This document shows, in pieces, positions 47,793-57,362 of a stretch of DNA of 64,000 nt. The notes under the pieces were generated by a model that worked only from the letters and a program-made list of their open reading frames with translations, was not told the DNA's origin and searched no databases. The position numbers and the translations under genes were made by a program. Numbering within the stretch: position 1 is the stretch's first letter; every line of letters begins with the position of its first letter. Source of the DNA: Bacteroidales bacterium (GTDB lineage: Bacteria; Bacteroidota; Bacteroidia; Bacteroidales; UBA10428). The DNA lies in contig DATEVU010000180.1 of NCBI GenBank assembly GCA_035258345.1, positions 1,912-65,911 on the forward strand, given 5' to 3'.

Positions 47793-48875
47793 TCAGTTTT
47801 TATACCTGGCCACCATGTCGATAAACTGATCAAACAGAAATTCAGTATCCGTAGGGCCGCTGGAAGCCTCGGGATGAAACTGGGAGGAAAAGAAGGGTTT
47901 GTGTTTATGACGCATGCCTTCGTTGGTGTTATCGTTCAAATTTATGAAAAGAGGTTCCCAGTCAGCCGGTAAAGTACCATTATCGATGGCAAAGCCATGA
48001 TTTTGGGAGGTAATATACGCCTTGTTGGTGTTCACAAGCAATACGGGCTGGTTATGACTCCTGTGTCCGTATTTTAGTTTGTAGGTGTTTGCACCGGCGG
48101 CAAGGGCCAGCAACTGGTTACCCAGGCAGATTCCATAAATGGGGGTATCCTGCTGCAATGCTGCGGCCAGGTGTTTAATGGTTGCCGTACAAAGCTTCGG
48201 ATCACCAGGGCCGTTTGAAATGAACAGGCCGTCGTAACTTTCCTTTGAAATGTCGTGGTCCCAGGGTACCAATACTACCGTAGCGTCTCTTTTAAGCAGG
48301 TTACGGATTATGTTGTACTTCACACCACAGTCAATGAGCAGTATGCGGTACTTTCCGGAACCGTAAATTTTTTTTTCACGGATACTGACCTGTTCTACCA
48401 GGTTTTCCTTGTTGGGATCATACAGATCCACCTGCTCGTTGCCGAGGATAATTTTGCCCAGCATGGTGCCCTCCTCGCGTAAAATTTTGGTGAGAGCGCG
48501 GGTATCGATTCCATAAATTCCGGGTATTTTACATTCTTTCAGCCAGCTTCCGAGGCTTTTACGGGCATTCCAGTGACTGTAATCAGCTGTATAATCTGAG
48601 ATTACAAGTCCTGAAATATGCAGTGTGTAAGATTCAAAAAACTTCAACATATCATTTTCGGTATCCCCAACCGGTACTCCGTAATTGCCAATTATGGGAT
48701 AGGTAAGAACGAGTATCTGCCCTTTGTAAGAAGGATCGGTCAGACTCTCAGGATAACCGGTCATGGCCGTGTTGAACACAACTTCTCCGGAAACCGATTT
48801 CTCATATCCAAATGAATATCCATGAAATTCAATCCCGTCTTCAAGAATGAGCTTTAGATCAGTTCCCTTTTCCAT
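47793..48875 (-). CDS. carA: carbamoyl-phosphate synthase small (glutaminase) subunit
   Basis: EVVFNTAMTGYPESLTDPSYKGQILVLTYPIIGNYG...PIYGICLGNQLLALA...QFHPEAS. Confidence 0.95.
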   Translation of the reverse strand: MEKGTDLKLILEDGIEFHGYSFGYEKSVSGEVVFNTAMTGYPESLTDPSYKGQILVLTYPIIGNYGVPVGDTENDMLKFFESYTLHISGLVISDYTADYSHWNARKSLGSWLKECKIPGIYGIDTRALTKILREEGTMLGKIILGNEQVDLYDPNKENLVEQVSIREKKIYGSGKYRILLIDCGVKYNIIRNLLKRDATVVLVPWDHDISKESYDGLFISNGPGDPKLCTATIKHLAAALQQDTPIYGICLGNQLLALAAGANTYKLKYGHRSHNQPVLLVNTNKAYITSQNHGFAIDNGTLPADWEPLFINLNDNTNEGMRHKHKPFFSSQFHPEASSGPTDTEFLFDQFIDMVARYKN

Positions 48876-48886
48876 GCTGGTGTTTG

Positions 48887-50353
48887 TTACTTATTTATGA
48901 TAGACAAAATGATATCCTCCACCTGTTCTGGGCCGATTTTTTTTGCGATGATCTTTTTATTTTCATCCAGGATATAGATTTGCGGCGTGGTTATAATGTC
49001 ATACTTTAGTTTAAAGTCGTATGAATAAGGATTCCAGCAATTTAACCAACCATACAACCCATGCTCGTTCACAAAATCAACCCATTTTGCCTTACCGTCC
49101 TCACCAAACAGTGTGCTGACAGCCAATACCTTGACATCCAGGTTGCGCAGGCTTTTTTCATAAACGCCATACAATTCGGGGACCACGGTTTTGCAGTGTC
49201 CGCAATCGGCTTCCCAGAAGAGTAATACGAGATACTTTGCTTTTACCTGTTGCAGGGTTATCTGGGTTCCCACATGCGGGAACTTTCTCAGGGCGGTATC
49301 GGCAACCGTGCTTTTGAAATGTTCCGGAGGAACCAGCATCAGTTGTGCATCCGGTGCGATCTTACCGATCAATAGCGGCCTTGCTTTTTCCACCCTGCTT
49401 TTCAGGTCGGTGATGAATTTTTCATCACTCCACCACGAATCATGAATATAATACTTATCCGCTATATGAACCTGTACGGCATCCATGCCCATAATATTGC
49501 TTTTGCCATAATGGTTGAAAAGGGTTATCAGCATAAACCTGAACAGGTTTGAATCGGCCTTTGTTTTTTCTATAAAGTAATCCACATGCCTGAGCAGGGT
49601 ATCGGGTATCTGGGGAACGACCCTGGTCAGGTAGGTCATTATCTTGTCTTCATAAAGCGGGGTTCTTAATAACCGCGGATCTGCAATGTTAAAATTATCA
49701 AAATAGTGTCTCCGGTAATAATAGTACTGCCAGGTGGAGTCGGTTATCCTGCCCTGATCATCCCTCGGAGGATCAGGTAACGAAACGTCGAGGGTCGCCC
49801 TTAGAAAATCCGAAACAAACAAACCGGAATGTTCCTTGCTGGTTTTTTCAATCCGTAAAATCCGGTCGGCGTTGATCTTTTTAAGTTTTTCAGTGAGCTT
49901 TTCCCGGATAACAGGATCCTTTTCAGCTTTGAGGTTAAGGGTTATGCTGTCGGCCTGATTTCGTAACGCAAACATATATTTCTGAAAATCAAGAAATACC
50001 TGGTTCTCTTCTGAACCTTTAATTTCCATTGTATTCAGGAATTCAGTGGTATCAACCGTTATGGAGAATTCCTGATCTTCACCCATTACCAGTTCGAAAT
50101 ACCGCGAGTTGGGAAGGTACAACAGGTACATGCCTCCCGGCAATTGCTTTTTACCCCTGAACATCCCGGCACCCTTGTCATCCAGACGGGCCGTGTCATC
50201 GGGGTACATCGATTTGTTCAGGTAATGCCCCAGGATCACCGTGGTATCAGCCAACCCGTTAACCTTAACCCGGATTTCATAGCCTTGTGCGGTTACCTGA
50301 AAGGACAAAAGGACCAGACACAGAATGAAAAACATATTACGCATGTGTACCAT
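48887..50353 (-). CDS. secreted thioredoxin-fold (TlpA-like) thiol-disulfide oxidoreductase with a large N-terminal domain
   Basis: Signal peptide MFFILCLVLLSFQVTAQ. C-terminal YLVLLFWEADCGHCKTVVPEL (CxxC). The start is uncertain (ATG 50353, 50344 or 50335), and the track TTG at 50398 is unlikely. Confidence 0.75.
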   Translation of the reverse strand: MVHMRNMFFILCLVLLSFQVTAQGYEIRVKVNGLADTTVILGHYLNKSMYPDDTARLDDKGAGMFRGKKQLPGGMYLLYLPNSRYFELVMGEDQEFSITVDTTEFLNTMEIKGSEENQVFLDFQKYMFALRNQADSITLNLKAEKDPVIREKLTEKLKKINADRILRIEKTSKEHSGLFVSDFLRATLDVSLPDPPRDDQGRITDSTWQYYYYRRHYFDNFNIADPRLLRTPLYEDKIMTYLTRVVPQIPDTLLRHVDYFIEKTKADSNLFRFMLITLFNHYGKSNIMGMDAVQVHIADKYYIHDSWWSDEKFITDLKSRVEKARPLLIGKIAPDAQLMLVPPEHFKSTVADTALRKFPHVGTQITLQQVKAKYLVLLFWEADCGHCKTVVPELYGVYEKSLRNLDVKVLAVSTLFGEDGKAKWVDFVNEHGLYGWLNCWNPYSYDFKLKYDIITTPQIYILDENKKIIAKKIGPEQVEDIILSIINK

Positions 50354-50494
50354 AGTTGAAAAGATAGGTGGTTTTTGGTTCAACAAACGAAGTGCCAAAA
50401 ATAATTAATCTTGGCGAATACAAAAAAAGAAACCCGATTTCTTCCCTGCATCCATATTTCCTATATTTGAACCTTTAAACAAATTTTCATCGTC

Positions 50495-51469
50495 ATGCTC
50501 AGTTTGGACGAATGCAGTGAAATTATCAACAGGCAGTTGCAGGATATCAGTTTACCCGGAGAGCCTTCCAATCTGTATGAACCTATCCGGTACATGCTTG
50601 AACTCGGGGGAAAGCGCATCAGGCCTGCCCTGGTGCTGATGGGATGCAATGTATTTTCGGATAATACCACAACGGCTTATTATCCTGCACTTGCAATAGA
50701 GGTATTCCACAATTTTACCCTCATGCACGACGATATCATGGATAAGTCGGATGTCCGGAGGAACCATCCTTCGGTCCACCGGAAATGGAACCCCAATGTC
50801 GCCATACTTTCCGGAGATGCCATGTTGATCAAGGCCTATGAGCTTTTGTGCAGGGGACCGGCGGCACATATACCCGAACTGTTATCTGTTTTTAACCAAA
50901 CAGCCCTTGAAGTATGTGAAGGACAGCAATATGATTTGGATTATGAACACAATACCGGTGTCTCTCTTGCCGATTATCTCCGGATGGTGGAACTAAAGAC
51001 TGCTGTGCTGCTGGCAGCTTCGCTCAAAATAGGTGCCATAACCGGGGATGCAGGAATGGAAGAAGCAGGTCTGCTCTACGGTTTTGGAAGGAACATCGGT
51101 ATTGCTTTTCAGCTTCAGGATGACTTGCTGGATGTATTTGCCGATGCGGCATTTTTTGGAAAGGAAACGGGCAATGATATCGTTTCAAACAAAAAGACGG
51201 TCCTGCTGGTACAGGCACTGGAAATATCATCCGGCGCCACCAGGAAGGAATTGATGCGATGGTTGAAGCGCCGGCGTTTTAACAGGAATGATAAGATAGA
51301 TGCGGTCAGAAATATTTTCAGCGAACTGAACCTGGAAGAATTAACCCGGGCCAGGATCGGATCATTTCATGACCAGGCTGTAAAAATGCTTGACAGTTTA
51401 CCTGTTGCCAAATCCAGGAAAACCGTTCTCCTGGATTTTTCGGAAATGCTGATGAACCGGAAAAAATAA
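50495..51469 (+). CDS. short/medium-chain polyprenyl diphosphate synthase (FPP/GGPP synthase type)
   Basis: GGKRIRPALVLM...FTLMHDDIMDKSDVRRN...AFQLQDDLLDVF. Confidence 0.85.
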   Translation: MLSLDECSEIINRQLQDISLPGEPSNLYEPIRYMLELGGKRIRPALVLMGCNVFSDNTTTAYYPALAIEVFHNFTLMHDDIMDKSDVRRNHPSVHRKWNPNVAILSGDAMLIKAYELLCRGPAAHIPELLSVFNQTALEVCEGQQYDLDYEHNTGVSLADYLRMVELKTAVLLAASLKIGAITGDAGMEEAGLLYGFGRNIGIAFQLQDDLLDVFADAAFFGKETGNDIVSNKKTVLLVQALEISSGATRKELMRWLKRRRFNRNDKIDAVRNIFSELNLEELTRARIGSFHDQAVKMLDSLPVAKSRKTVLLDFSEMLMNRKK

Positions 51470-51476
51470 CCTGTTG

Positions 51477-54400
51477 TTATCTTCCCGAAGTTTTTCTTGT
51501 AAATACCTCGTACTGCTTGGTTGAAACCGAATCCAGCGAAGCCGAAATACCGGTCTGGTTAAAGGTATTGGTCATCATCATCAAATTTTGAAGGATCTGG
51601 AAATTGTACATGACCTGATCATTGATGCTGGCAATAAAGTGCTGTTTCTGGTCGAGATAATAAGCCAGGTTTCCATTGCATTTATCCTTTAATTTAATAA
51701 CCAGGTCGTTTGCCTTGTCTATCTGGCTGCACTTGTAATAGGCATTGGCTATTTGGATGATGGTATGATCGTAAGGGATTTTCTCATCCGGGGTGAGTTC
51801 CAGGCAGCGGTCAAGTACCTCAATTGCTTTCGCCGTGTCGCGCCTGCTGATGAGCTCATCGGCAAGCTGAATGAACCTGTTCCTGAGCCTGACGATTGAC
51901 ATGGTACGTACATGAAAATCATCAAGATATACCTTGGGGTCATTCATGGCGCCCCAGCGGAATTTATGCATCAGGTTTTCATACAGTAGGTTGCTTTCAA
52001 TACGGCCGGCTTCAAAGCGCCCGATGCTACGGGATTTTATGGGGACCAGGCGGTAGGCAAAACCTTCCAGCTGAACAAAATCTTCAAGTCCGAGTGTGCC
52101 GGTTTGCCCGAGTGAGGCGAAGTATACCGGCCGCTCCCAATTGTTGTTGGCCAGGATGTCCATAACGATCAGTTCACTTTTACCCAGGCTGTTTCGGCTG
52201 AATTTCCATTCTATCGCAGGCACAATGTTGTCCCGGTCTTTCGGGTCCACGGTACCATTTTTCAATACAACGGAAGTATCCACCGGGATCCTGAAACTGC
52301 GGGTGGGAACGAAATTGAACTTTTCCCCCGAACTGGCTTCAACTTTGGCTTGTGGAAGATCGCTGGATATGAAATCAATGATGTCCTTCAGCGAGGCTGC
52401 CTGTTGGGTGCGTTCCTGAACAAATACCGCATCGCGGGTACCGTTGATATATTTATCGTGGGTCAGCGAAATGGGGAGAGCTTCGGATTCGTATGCTTTT
52501 CTCTTCATCTGGTCGATATACCAGTCCATATTCAGCAGCATGAGATTGACAACCCGAACATCAGTCCTTATTCCTTCAACATCCTGGGCATACCAGAGCG
52601 GAAAGGTATCGTTGTCCCCGTTGGTGAACAGGATGGCATTCGGAGCGCAGGTGTTAAGATAATTGTAAGCTATGTCGCGTGTTGTATAGCGTCCCGAACG
52701 GTTATGATCATCCCAGTTCTGGCTGGCCATTATTCCCGGCACCAAAAACAGGCAGCCCACGGATATGAGCACGGCGGAATATCCTTTTCGGAAGCGGGAA
52801 CCCAGGGAATCATAGAGCGACATAACTCCAAGCCCGATCCAGATAGCGAATGCATAGAAAGATCCGGCATAGGCATAATCCCTTTCACGCGGCTGGATGG
52901 GTGTCTGGTTAAGGTAAATCACGATGGCAATTCCGGTAAGGACAAAGAGCAGCATAACCACCCAGAAGTTCCTGACGTCGCGCTGGAGATGAAAGACCAG
53001 TCCAAACAGTCCCAGCAACAGGGGAAGAAAATAGTATTTGTTTCTTGAGGGTGCCTCGCGGGCATCCCTGGGCAACAGGTCTTCCGATCCGATCAGGAGC
53101 TCATCAATGGGCCGGATACCACTGATCCAGTTACCATTAAGCGGATCACCATGACCCTGAATATCATTTTGCCTGCCCACAAAATTCCACATAAAATACC
53201 TGAAATACATATGCCCGAGCTGGTAGGAAAAGAAGAACCGCAGGTTGCTCACGAAACCTGGCGCGTTTTTTGGTTCAGAACGGTCATAGGTTATATTGCC
53301 GTCCTTGTCGCGGATAATATTCCCGTCCTCGTCCCTCCTGGGTTCAAACAACCTGCTTTCTCTGAGACCTCCCCATTCGATATATACGTCGATATGTTCG
53401 TTATCGGAGCTCCACATGCGCGGGAAGAGCGTATTGAATTCCTCGCCATAAGTATAGGAAAGTTTACGGTTGGTAATTTTATATTTCCCGTCAATGGGTG
53501 TGTAGGTGGGTTTTCCTTCCTTAATACCGGCAGGTTTTGCGTTAAAATAATGGCCTTTTACCAGGGGTCGTTCCCCGTATTGTTCTCGGTTGAGGTAGTA
53601 CTGCAGGGAAAAAATTGTTTCGGGATTGTTTTCGTCCATTGGGGGATCGGCCAGTGACCGGATATAGATCATCGCAAAGGAAGAATAGCCTATAATAATG
53701 ACGGTGACCCCCAGCAATACTGCATTTAATAAAGTTTTTCCGCGTTTGTAAGTGTGCAGTATGCCAAAGGCCAATCCGCCTGTGAGCAGCAACACGTAAA
53801 CCAGTATTCCGCTGTTGTAAGGCAAACCGAAACTGTTAACAAACAGCAGTTCGAATTTCGAAGCCAGCCAGATCACGCCGGGAATGATAATATACATGAT
53901 CGAAGCCAGCAGCAGCATCGAAATCATCAGGGCCCCGATCACGCCGCGGGTGCTTGTCCTGTATTTCCGGAAATAGCATACCATTACAATAGCAGGTATG
54001 GCCAGCAGGTTCAACAAGTGTACGCCGATGGACAGGCCCATCAGGTAGGCGATCAGTATCAGCCACCGGTTTGCATAACGACTGTCGGCTTCATTTTCCC
54101 ACTTGAGAACCGCCCAGAAAACAATTGCGGTAAAAAGCGAGGAACTGGCATATACTTCTCCCTCAACTGCAGAGAACCAGAAGGAATCCGAAAAAGTATA
54201 GGCGAGTGCACCAACAATACCGCTACCCAGTATAAGGATCATGTCAGGCAGACCTATGGACGATGCACCCTGCTGTGATTCACCAGTTAAACGCTGCAGC
54301 CTCGATCGCACGAGCCTGAGTGCAAGATGGGTAATCGTCCAGAAAAGGAACATGATGGTAAAGGCACTGGCCAGTGCGGAAAGGGAATTTACAAGCATAG

Positions 54401-54626
54401 CTACCTTATCATGATTTTCCCCTGCAAATAAGGAGAAAAATCGGGCCATGATCATAAAAAGAGGGGCTCCGGGAGGGTGTCCTACCTGGAGTTTAAATGC
54501 ACTGGCGATAAATTCACCGCAATCCCATAAACTTACAGTGGGTTCAAGGGTCAGCATGTAAACAGCGGCTGATATCAAAAACATTGTCCACCCGAGGACG
54601 TTGTTAAGGAGTCTGAATTTATTCAT
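51477..54626 (-). CDS. DUF2723 (TMEM260-like, GT-C-type) large polytopic membrane protein
   Basis: MLTLEPTVSLWDCGEFIASAFKLQVGHPPGAPLFMI, then about 11 TM helices, a large soluble region and a TPR-like C-terminus. 1049 aa. Confidence 0.8.
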   Translation of the reverse strand: MNKFRLLNNVLGWTMFLISAAVYMLTLEPTVSLWDCGEFIASAFKLQVGHPPGAPLFMIMARFFSLFAGENHDKVAMLVNSLSALASAFTIMFLFWTITHLALRLVRSRLQRLTGESQQGASSIGLPDMILILGSGIVGALAYTFSDSFWFSAVEGEVYASSSLFTAIVFWAVLKWENEADSRYANRWLILIAYLMGLSIGVHLLNLLAIPAIVMVCYFRKYRTSTRGVIGALMISMLLLASIMYIIIPGVIWLASKFELLFVNSFGLPYNSGILVYVLLLTGGLAFGILHTYKRGKTLLNAVLLGVTVIIIGYSSFAMIYIRSLADPPMDENNPETIFSLQYYLNREQYGERPLVKGHYFNAKPAGIKEGKPTYTPIDGKYKITNRKLSYTYGEEFNTLFPRMWSSDNEHIDVYIEWGGLRESRLFEPRRDEDGNIIRDKDGNITYDRSEPKNAPGFVSNLRFFFSYQLGHMYFRYFMWNFVGRQNDIQGHGDPLNGNWISGIRPIDELLIGSEDLLPRDAREAPSRNKYYFLPLLLGLFGLVFHLQRDVRNFWVVMLLFVLTGIAIVIYLNQTPIQPRERDYAYAGSFYAFAIWIGLGVMSLYDSLGSRFRKGYSAVLISVGCLFLVPGIMASQNWDDHNRSGRYTTRDIAYNYLNTCAPNAILFTNGDNDTFPLWYAQDVEGIRTDVRVVNLMLLNMDWYIDQMKRKAYESEALPISLTHDKYINGTRDAVFVQERTQQAASLKDIIDFISSDLPQAKVEASSGEKFNFVPTRSFRIPVDTSVVLKNGTVDPKDRDNIVPAIEWKFSRNSLGKSELIVMDILANNNWERPVYFASLGQTGTLGLEDFVQLEGFAYRLVPIKSRSIGRFEAGRIESNLLYENLMHKFRWGAMNDPKVYLDDFHVRTMSIVRLRNRFIQLADELISRRDTAKAIEVLDRCLELTPDEKIPYDHTIIQIANAYYKCSQIDKANDLVIKLKDKCNGNLAYYLDQKQHFIASINDQVMYNFQILQNLMMMTNTFNQTGISASLDSVSTKQYEVFTRKTSGR

Positions 54627-54714
54627 TCCAAATGATTTGAATATTTGAAGGGGTTTTGTTAATTTGCATCTGTAAAACGACCAAAATACATAAAAAATAT
54701 AATAATGTCTGATT

Positions 54715-55053
54715 ATGAGCCGAAAAAAAAGGGAAGGTATAGTTTATTCAACGGATCCCGGGTTCAGCTTTGAGCAGGATTCCGGCAACGAAACGGTTAC
54801 CCTGCCTGCCGGCCGGCAGCAGCTGTTTGTATGGCGTGATTCAAAAAGCAGGAAGGGCAAGACAGTGACCCTGGTAAAAGGTTTTTCAGGTAATGCCGCC
54901 GATTTGGAAAAGCTGGCCAGGGATATTAAGACCAGTTGCGGCACCGGAGGATCGGCCAAAGACGGGAATATTAGCATCCAGGGTGATTTCCGTGAAAAAA
55001 TTGTTGCCTGGCTGACGGATAAAGGTTACCGGGCTAAGAAAGCAGGAGGCTGA
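54715..55053 (+). CDS. yciH: SUI1/YciH-family translation initiation factor-like protein
   Basis: RKGKTVTLVKGF...LEKLARDIKTSCGTGGSAKDGNISIQGDFREKIVAWLTDKGYRAKKAGG. Confidence 0.85.
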   Translation: MSRKKREGIVYSTDPGFSFEQDSGNETVTLPAGRQQLFVWRDSKSRKGKTVTLVKGFSGNAADLEKLARDIKTSCGTGGSAKDGNISIQGDFREKIVAWLTDKGYRAKKAGG

Positions 55054-55081
55054 AAAGCATAAAAATCCTGCTGAATTTTCC

Positions 55082-55810
55082 ATGAGATCCGGATTTCCAA
55101 CACAGAAAAATAAGCGGATTTTGTTCCGGACCGGAGTATTGCTGCTCCTGGCCGGATATAACATGGTTCTCCCGGGAAAGCTTTTTACCGATCCGGTGAG
55201 TACGGTCATTGAAGACAGGTATTTTTACAATCACCCCGGATTTAACCATGCCAACAACCTGTCGTGGGCCGAAGCAGCAACCCTGGCTGTTTTGCCCAAT
55301 GCCCCGGCCCTTGATGAACTTGTTTCCGTTCGGGTTTGCAATAAAAGCGGATACCTTGCTGGCATGCATTGCGACGGGATCGATACGGTAAAAGTACAGC
55401 TAAACGGGACCAGGGCACGCACCTGTCCTTACCACCGGCTCATTCATCTTACAGGTGACCTGGCGTACCGGGTAAACAGCAACTGTTACCCGGTGGACAG
55501 CATGAACCATCTCTCCTGGTTTGTACTCCCTCCTGTGCAGGAATGGTACTATAAAAAGAGGCACAGCGATTATCATACGCTTCCGCCTTTTAAGACAGGA
55601 TGCGAAACCGGGAGTCTGAGCAATATGGACCTCATTTATCCCCGCGAGGAAACAAAAATCTTCATACCGGTGGAACTCAACATACTGGCATATCGACGAC
55701 CGTTTTATTACGGCCAAACCCCAAACCTCACCCCCCCAACCTGTACCGCCACGCCATGCTTTTCCAGGGGTCACCGGCATAATCAATGCCGATCCTTGAT
55801 GACTGCGTGA
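55082..55810 (+). pseudogene. pbpC: relic of penicillin-binding protein 1C gene (pbpC) with several in-frame internal deletions
   Basis: A TM anchor is followed by LFTDPVSTVI|EDRYFYNHPGFNH|ANNLSWAEAATLAVLPNAPAL|DELVSVRVCNKSGYLAG...CPYH...WFVLPPVQEWYYKK...MDLIYPREETKIFIPVEL. These are transglycosylase motif fragments joined directly to PBP1C C-terminal-domain motifs. The whole transpeptidase domain is absent. Recognisable similarity ends near 55690, and the ORF tail overlaps the mpg gene on the other strand. Confidence 0.65.
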
Positions 55811-56234
55811 TGGCAGGGTTTTCCTCACCCGTTTCTATCCAGATGCGGGAGGAAAGTGCGAGGTCCTCTCCATAAAACGAGCGGTCAATTTCAAGTGCGC
55901 GGGTCAGCCGGCCGGGACCTTCAAATCCTTTAAGCCCCCTGATGAGCAAGGCCTGGGGTTGTTCCCCGGGACCTGTAACGATATTCAGCATCCAGTGCAT
56001 ACCATAAATCAGGTACACATATACAAGTCCTCCCGGAGCATACATGATGCCGTTGCGGGATGTTTTTCCGAAGCGGGCGTGGGAAGCCTTATCCTCCTCA
56101 CCCCTGTATGCCTCAACTTCAACTATTGAATACCCTGTGGTTGCTCCGTTTTTATTACGAAATAACTTCTTGCCTATGAGTTCAGGGGCTACCACGAGCA
56201 CATCACGGCCAAAAAAATCACCCGACAGCCGCAT
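55728..56234 (-). CDS. mpg: DNA-3-methyladenine glycosylase (Mpg/AAG family)
   Basis: FFGRDVLVVAPELIGKKL...GYSIVEVEAYRGEEDKASHA...GGLVYVYLIYGMHWMLNIV...ALLIRG...GPGRLTRAL. Confidence 0.85.
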   Translation of the reverse strand: MRLSGDFFGRDVLVVAPELIGKKLFRNKNGATTGYSIVEVEAYRGEEDKASHARFGKTSRNGIMYAPGGLVYVYLIYGMHWMLNIVTGPGEQPQALLIRGLKGFEGPGRLTRALEIDRSFYGEDLALSSRIWIETGEENPAITQSSRIGIDYAGDPWKSMAWRYRLGG

Positions 56235-56248
56235 GGTGTCAACAGAAT

Positions 56249-57301
56249 TTATAAAATGAGCATGGCATCGCCATACGTACCAAAATGATACTTTTCCTTT
56301 ATGGCAAGCTTGTAGGATTCAAACAACAGGTCATACCCGGCAAAGGCCGACACCATCATTAACAGTGTGGATAACGGCAGGTGAAAATTGGACACCATGC
56401 GTGTGGGTACACTGAATTCGTAAGGAGGGAATATGAATTTGTTGGTCCAGCCGTCGAATGGCTTGAGATGCCCGGCAGTGGATACAGAGCTCTCCAGGGT
56501 ACGCAGTACGGTGGTTCCCACTGCGCATATGTGCTTGCGTGCATCTTTTGCTGCGTTGACGATACTTACAGCCTCCTCGGATATGAGAATGCGTTCGGAA
56601 TCCATCTTATGTTTTGTGAGGTCTTCCACATCCACGGTACGGAAATTGCCCAATCCCACATGAAGTGTAATTTCGGCAAAATGGATGCCCTTAATTTCCA
56701 GCCGTTTTAATAATTCACGGCTGAAATGCAGTCCGGCGGTTGGTGCCGCAACCGCACCCTCGTGCTTGGCAAATATGGTCTGGTATCTGTCCCTGTCCTC
56801 GGGCTGAACGGCACGCTTAATGAATTTGGGGAGGGGAGTTTCACCCAATTTAAACAGGGTTTTCTTAAAATCCTCATAATCACCGTCAAATAAGAACCTG
56901 AGTGTACGACCCCTTGAAGTAGTGTTATCAATGACTTCGGCCACCAGGGTTTCTTCATCATCTCCGAAATAAAGCTTGTTCCCGATCCTGATCTTCCGGG
57001 CCGGATCAACCAGCACATCCCATAACCGCTGCTCGCGGTTGAGCTCCCGTAACAGGAATACCTCTATTTCAGCGCCGGTTTTTTCTTTGTTGCCATATAA
57101 CCTGGCAGGGAATACTTTGGTATTATTCACCACCATCACATCACGTTCTTCGAAATAATTAATTATATCCCTGAAAACCTTGTGTTCAATCTTCCCGGTT
57201 TTCCGGTCAACAACCATCAGTTTGGATTCATCACGTTTATCTGCCGGATACTTGGCGATCAGGTCATCAGGAAGGTTGTATTTGTATTGGGAAAGTTTCA
57301 T
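56249..57301 (-). CDS. queA: tRNA preQ1(34) S-adenosylmethionine ribosyltransferase-isomerase
   Basis: [19 protein letters not shown]...[21 protein letters not shown]...[11 protein letters not shown]...[13 protein letters not shown]. Confidence 0.95.
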   Translation of the reverse strand: MKLSQYKYNLPDDLIAKYPADKRDESKLMVVDRKTGKIEHKVFRDIINYFEERDVMVVNNTKVFPARLYGNKEKTGAEIEVFLLRELNREQRLWDVLVDPARKIRIGNKLYFGDDEETLVAEVIDNTTSRGRTLRFLFDGDYEDFKKTLFKLGETPLPKFIKRAVQPEDRDRYQTIFAKHEGAVAAPTAGLHFSRELLKRLEIKGIHFAEITLHVGLGNFRTVDVEDLTKHKMDSERILISEEAVSIVNAAKDARKHICAVGTTVLRTLESSVSTAGHLKPFDGWTNKFIFPPYEFSVPTRMVSNFHLPLSTLLMMVSAFAGYDLLFESYKLAIKEKYHFGTYGDAMLIL

Positions 57302-57362
57302 AGGATTAATTAAGTGAATGTTTCAAAATAAACCAAATATATACGCAATCGGATAAAAAAGG

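Noticed and set aside
36391-51469. Two polyprenyl diphosphate synthase genes plus ispD as a specialised isoprenoid/terpenoid cluster
   Set aside because: The genes are dispersed (12.7, 36.4 and 50.5 kb), have different orientations and are interleaved with unrelated housekeeping genes. This fits ordinary menaquinone/undecaprenyl precursor supply.
52350-53048. Long antisense ORFs opposite recognised genes (also 22219..22905, 34633..35196, 14172..14717, 17682..18161, 36376..36726, 55400..55828)
   Set aside because: Each lies entirely within, and opposite to, a gene with strong family motifs. Their translations are low-complexity and motif-free. These are typical shadow ORFs.
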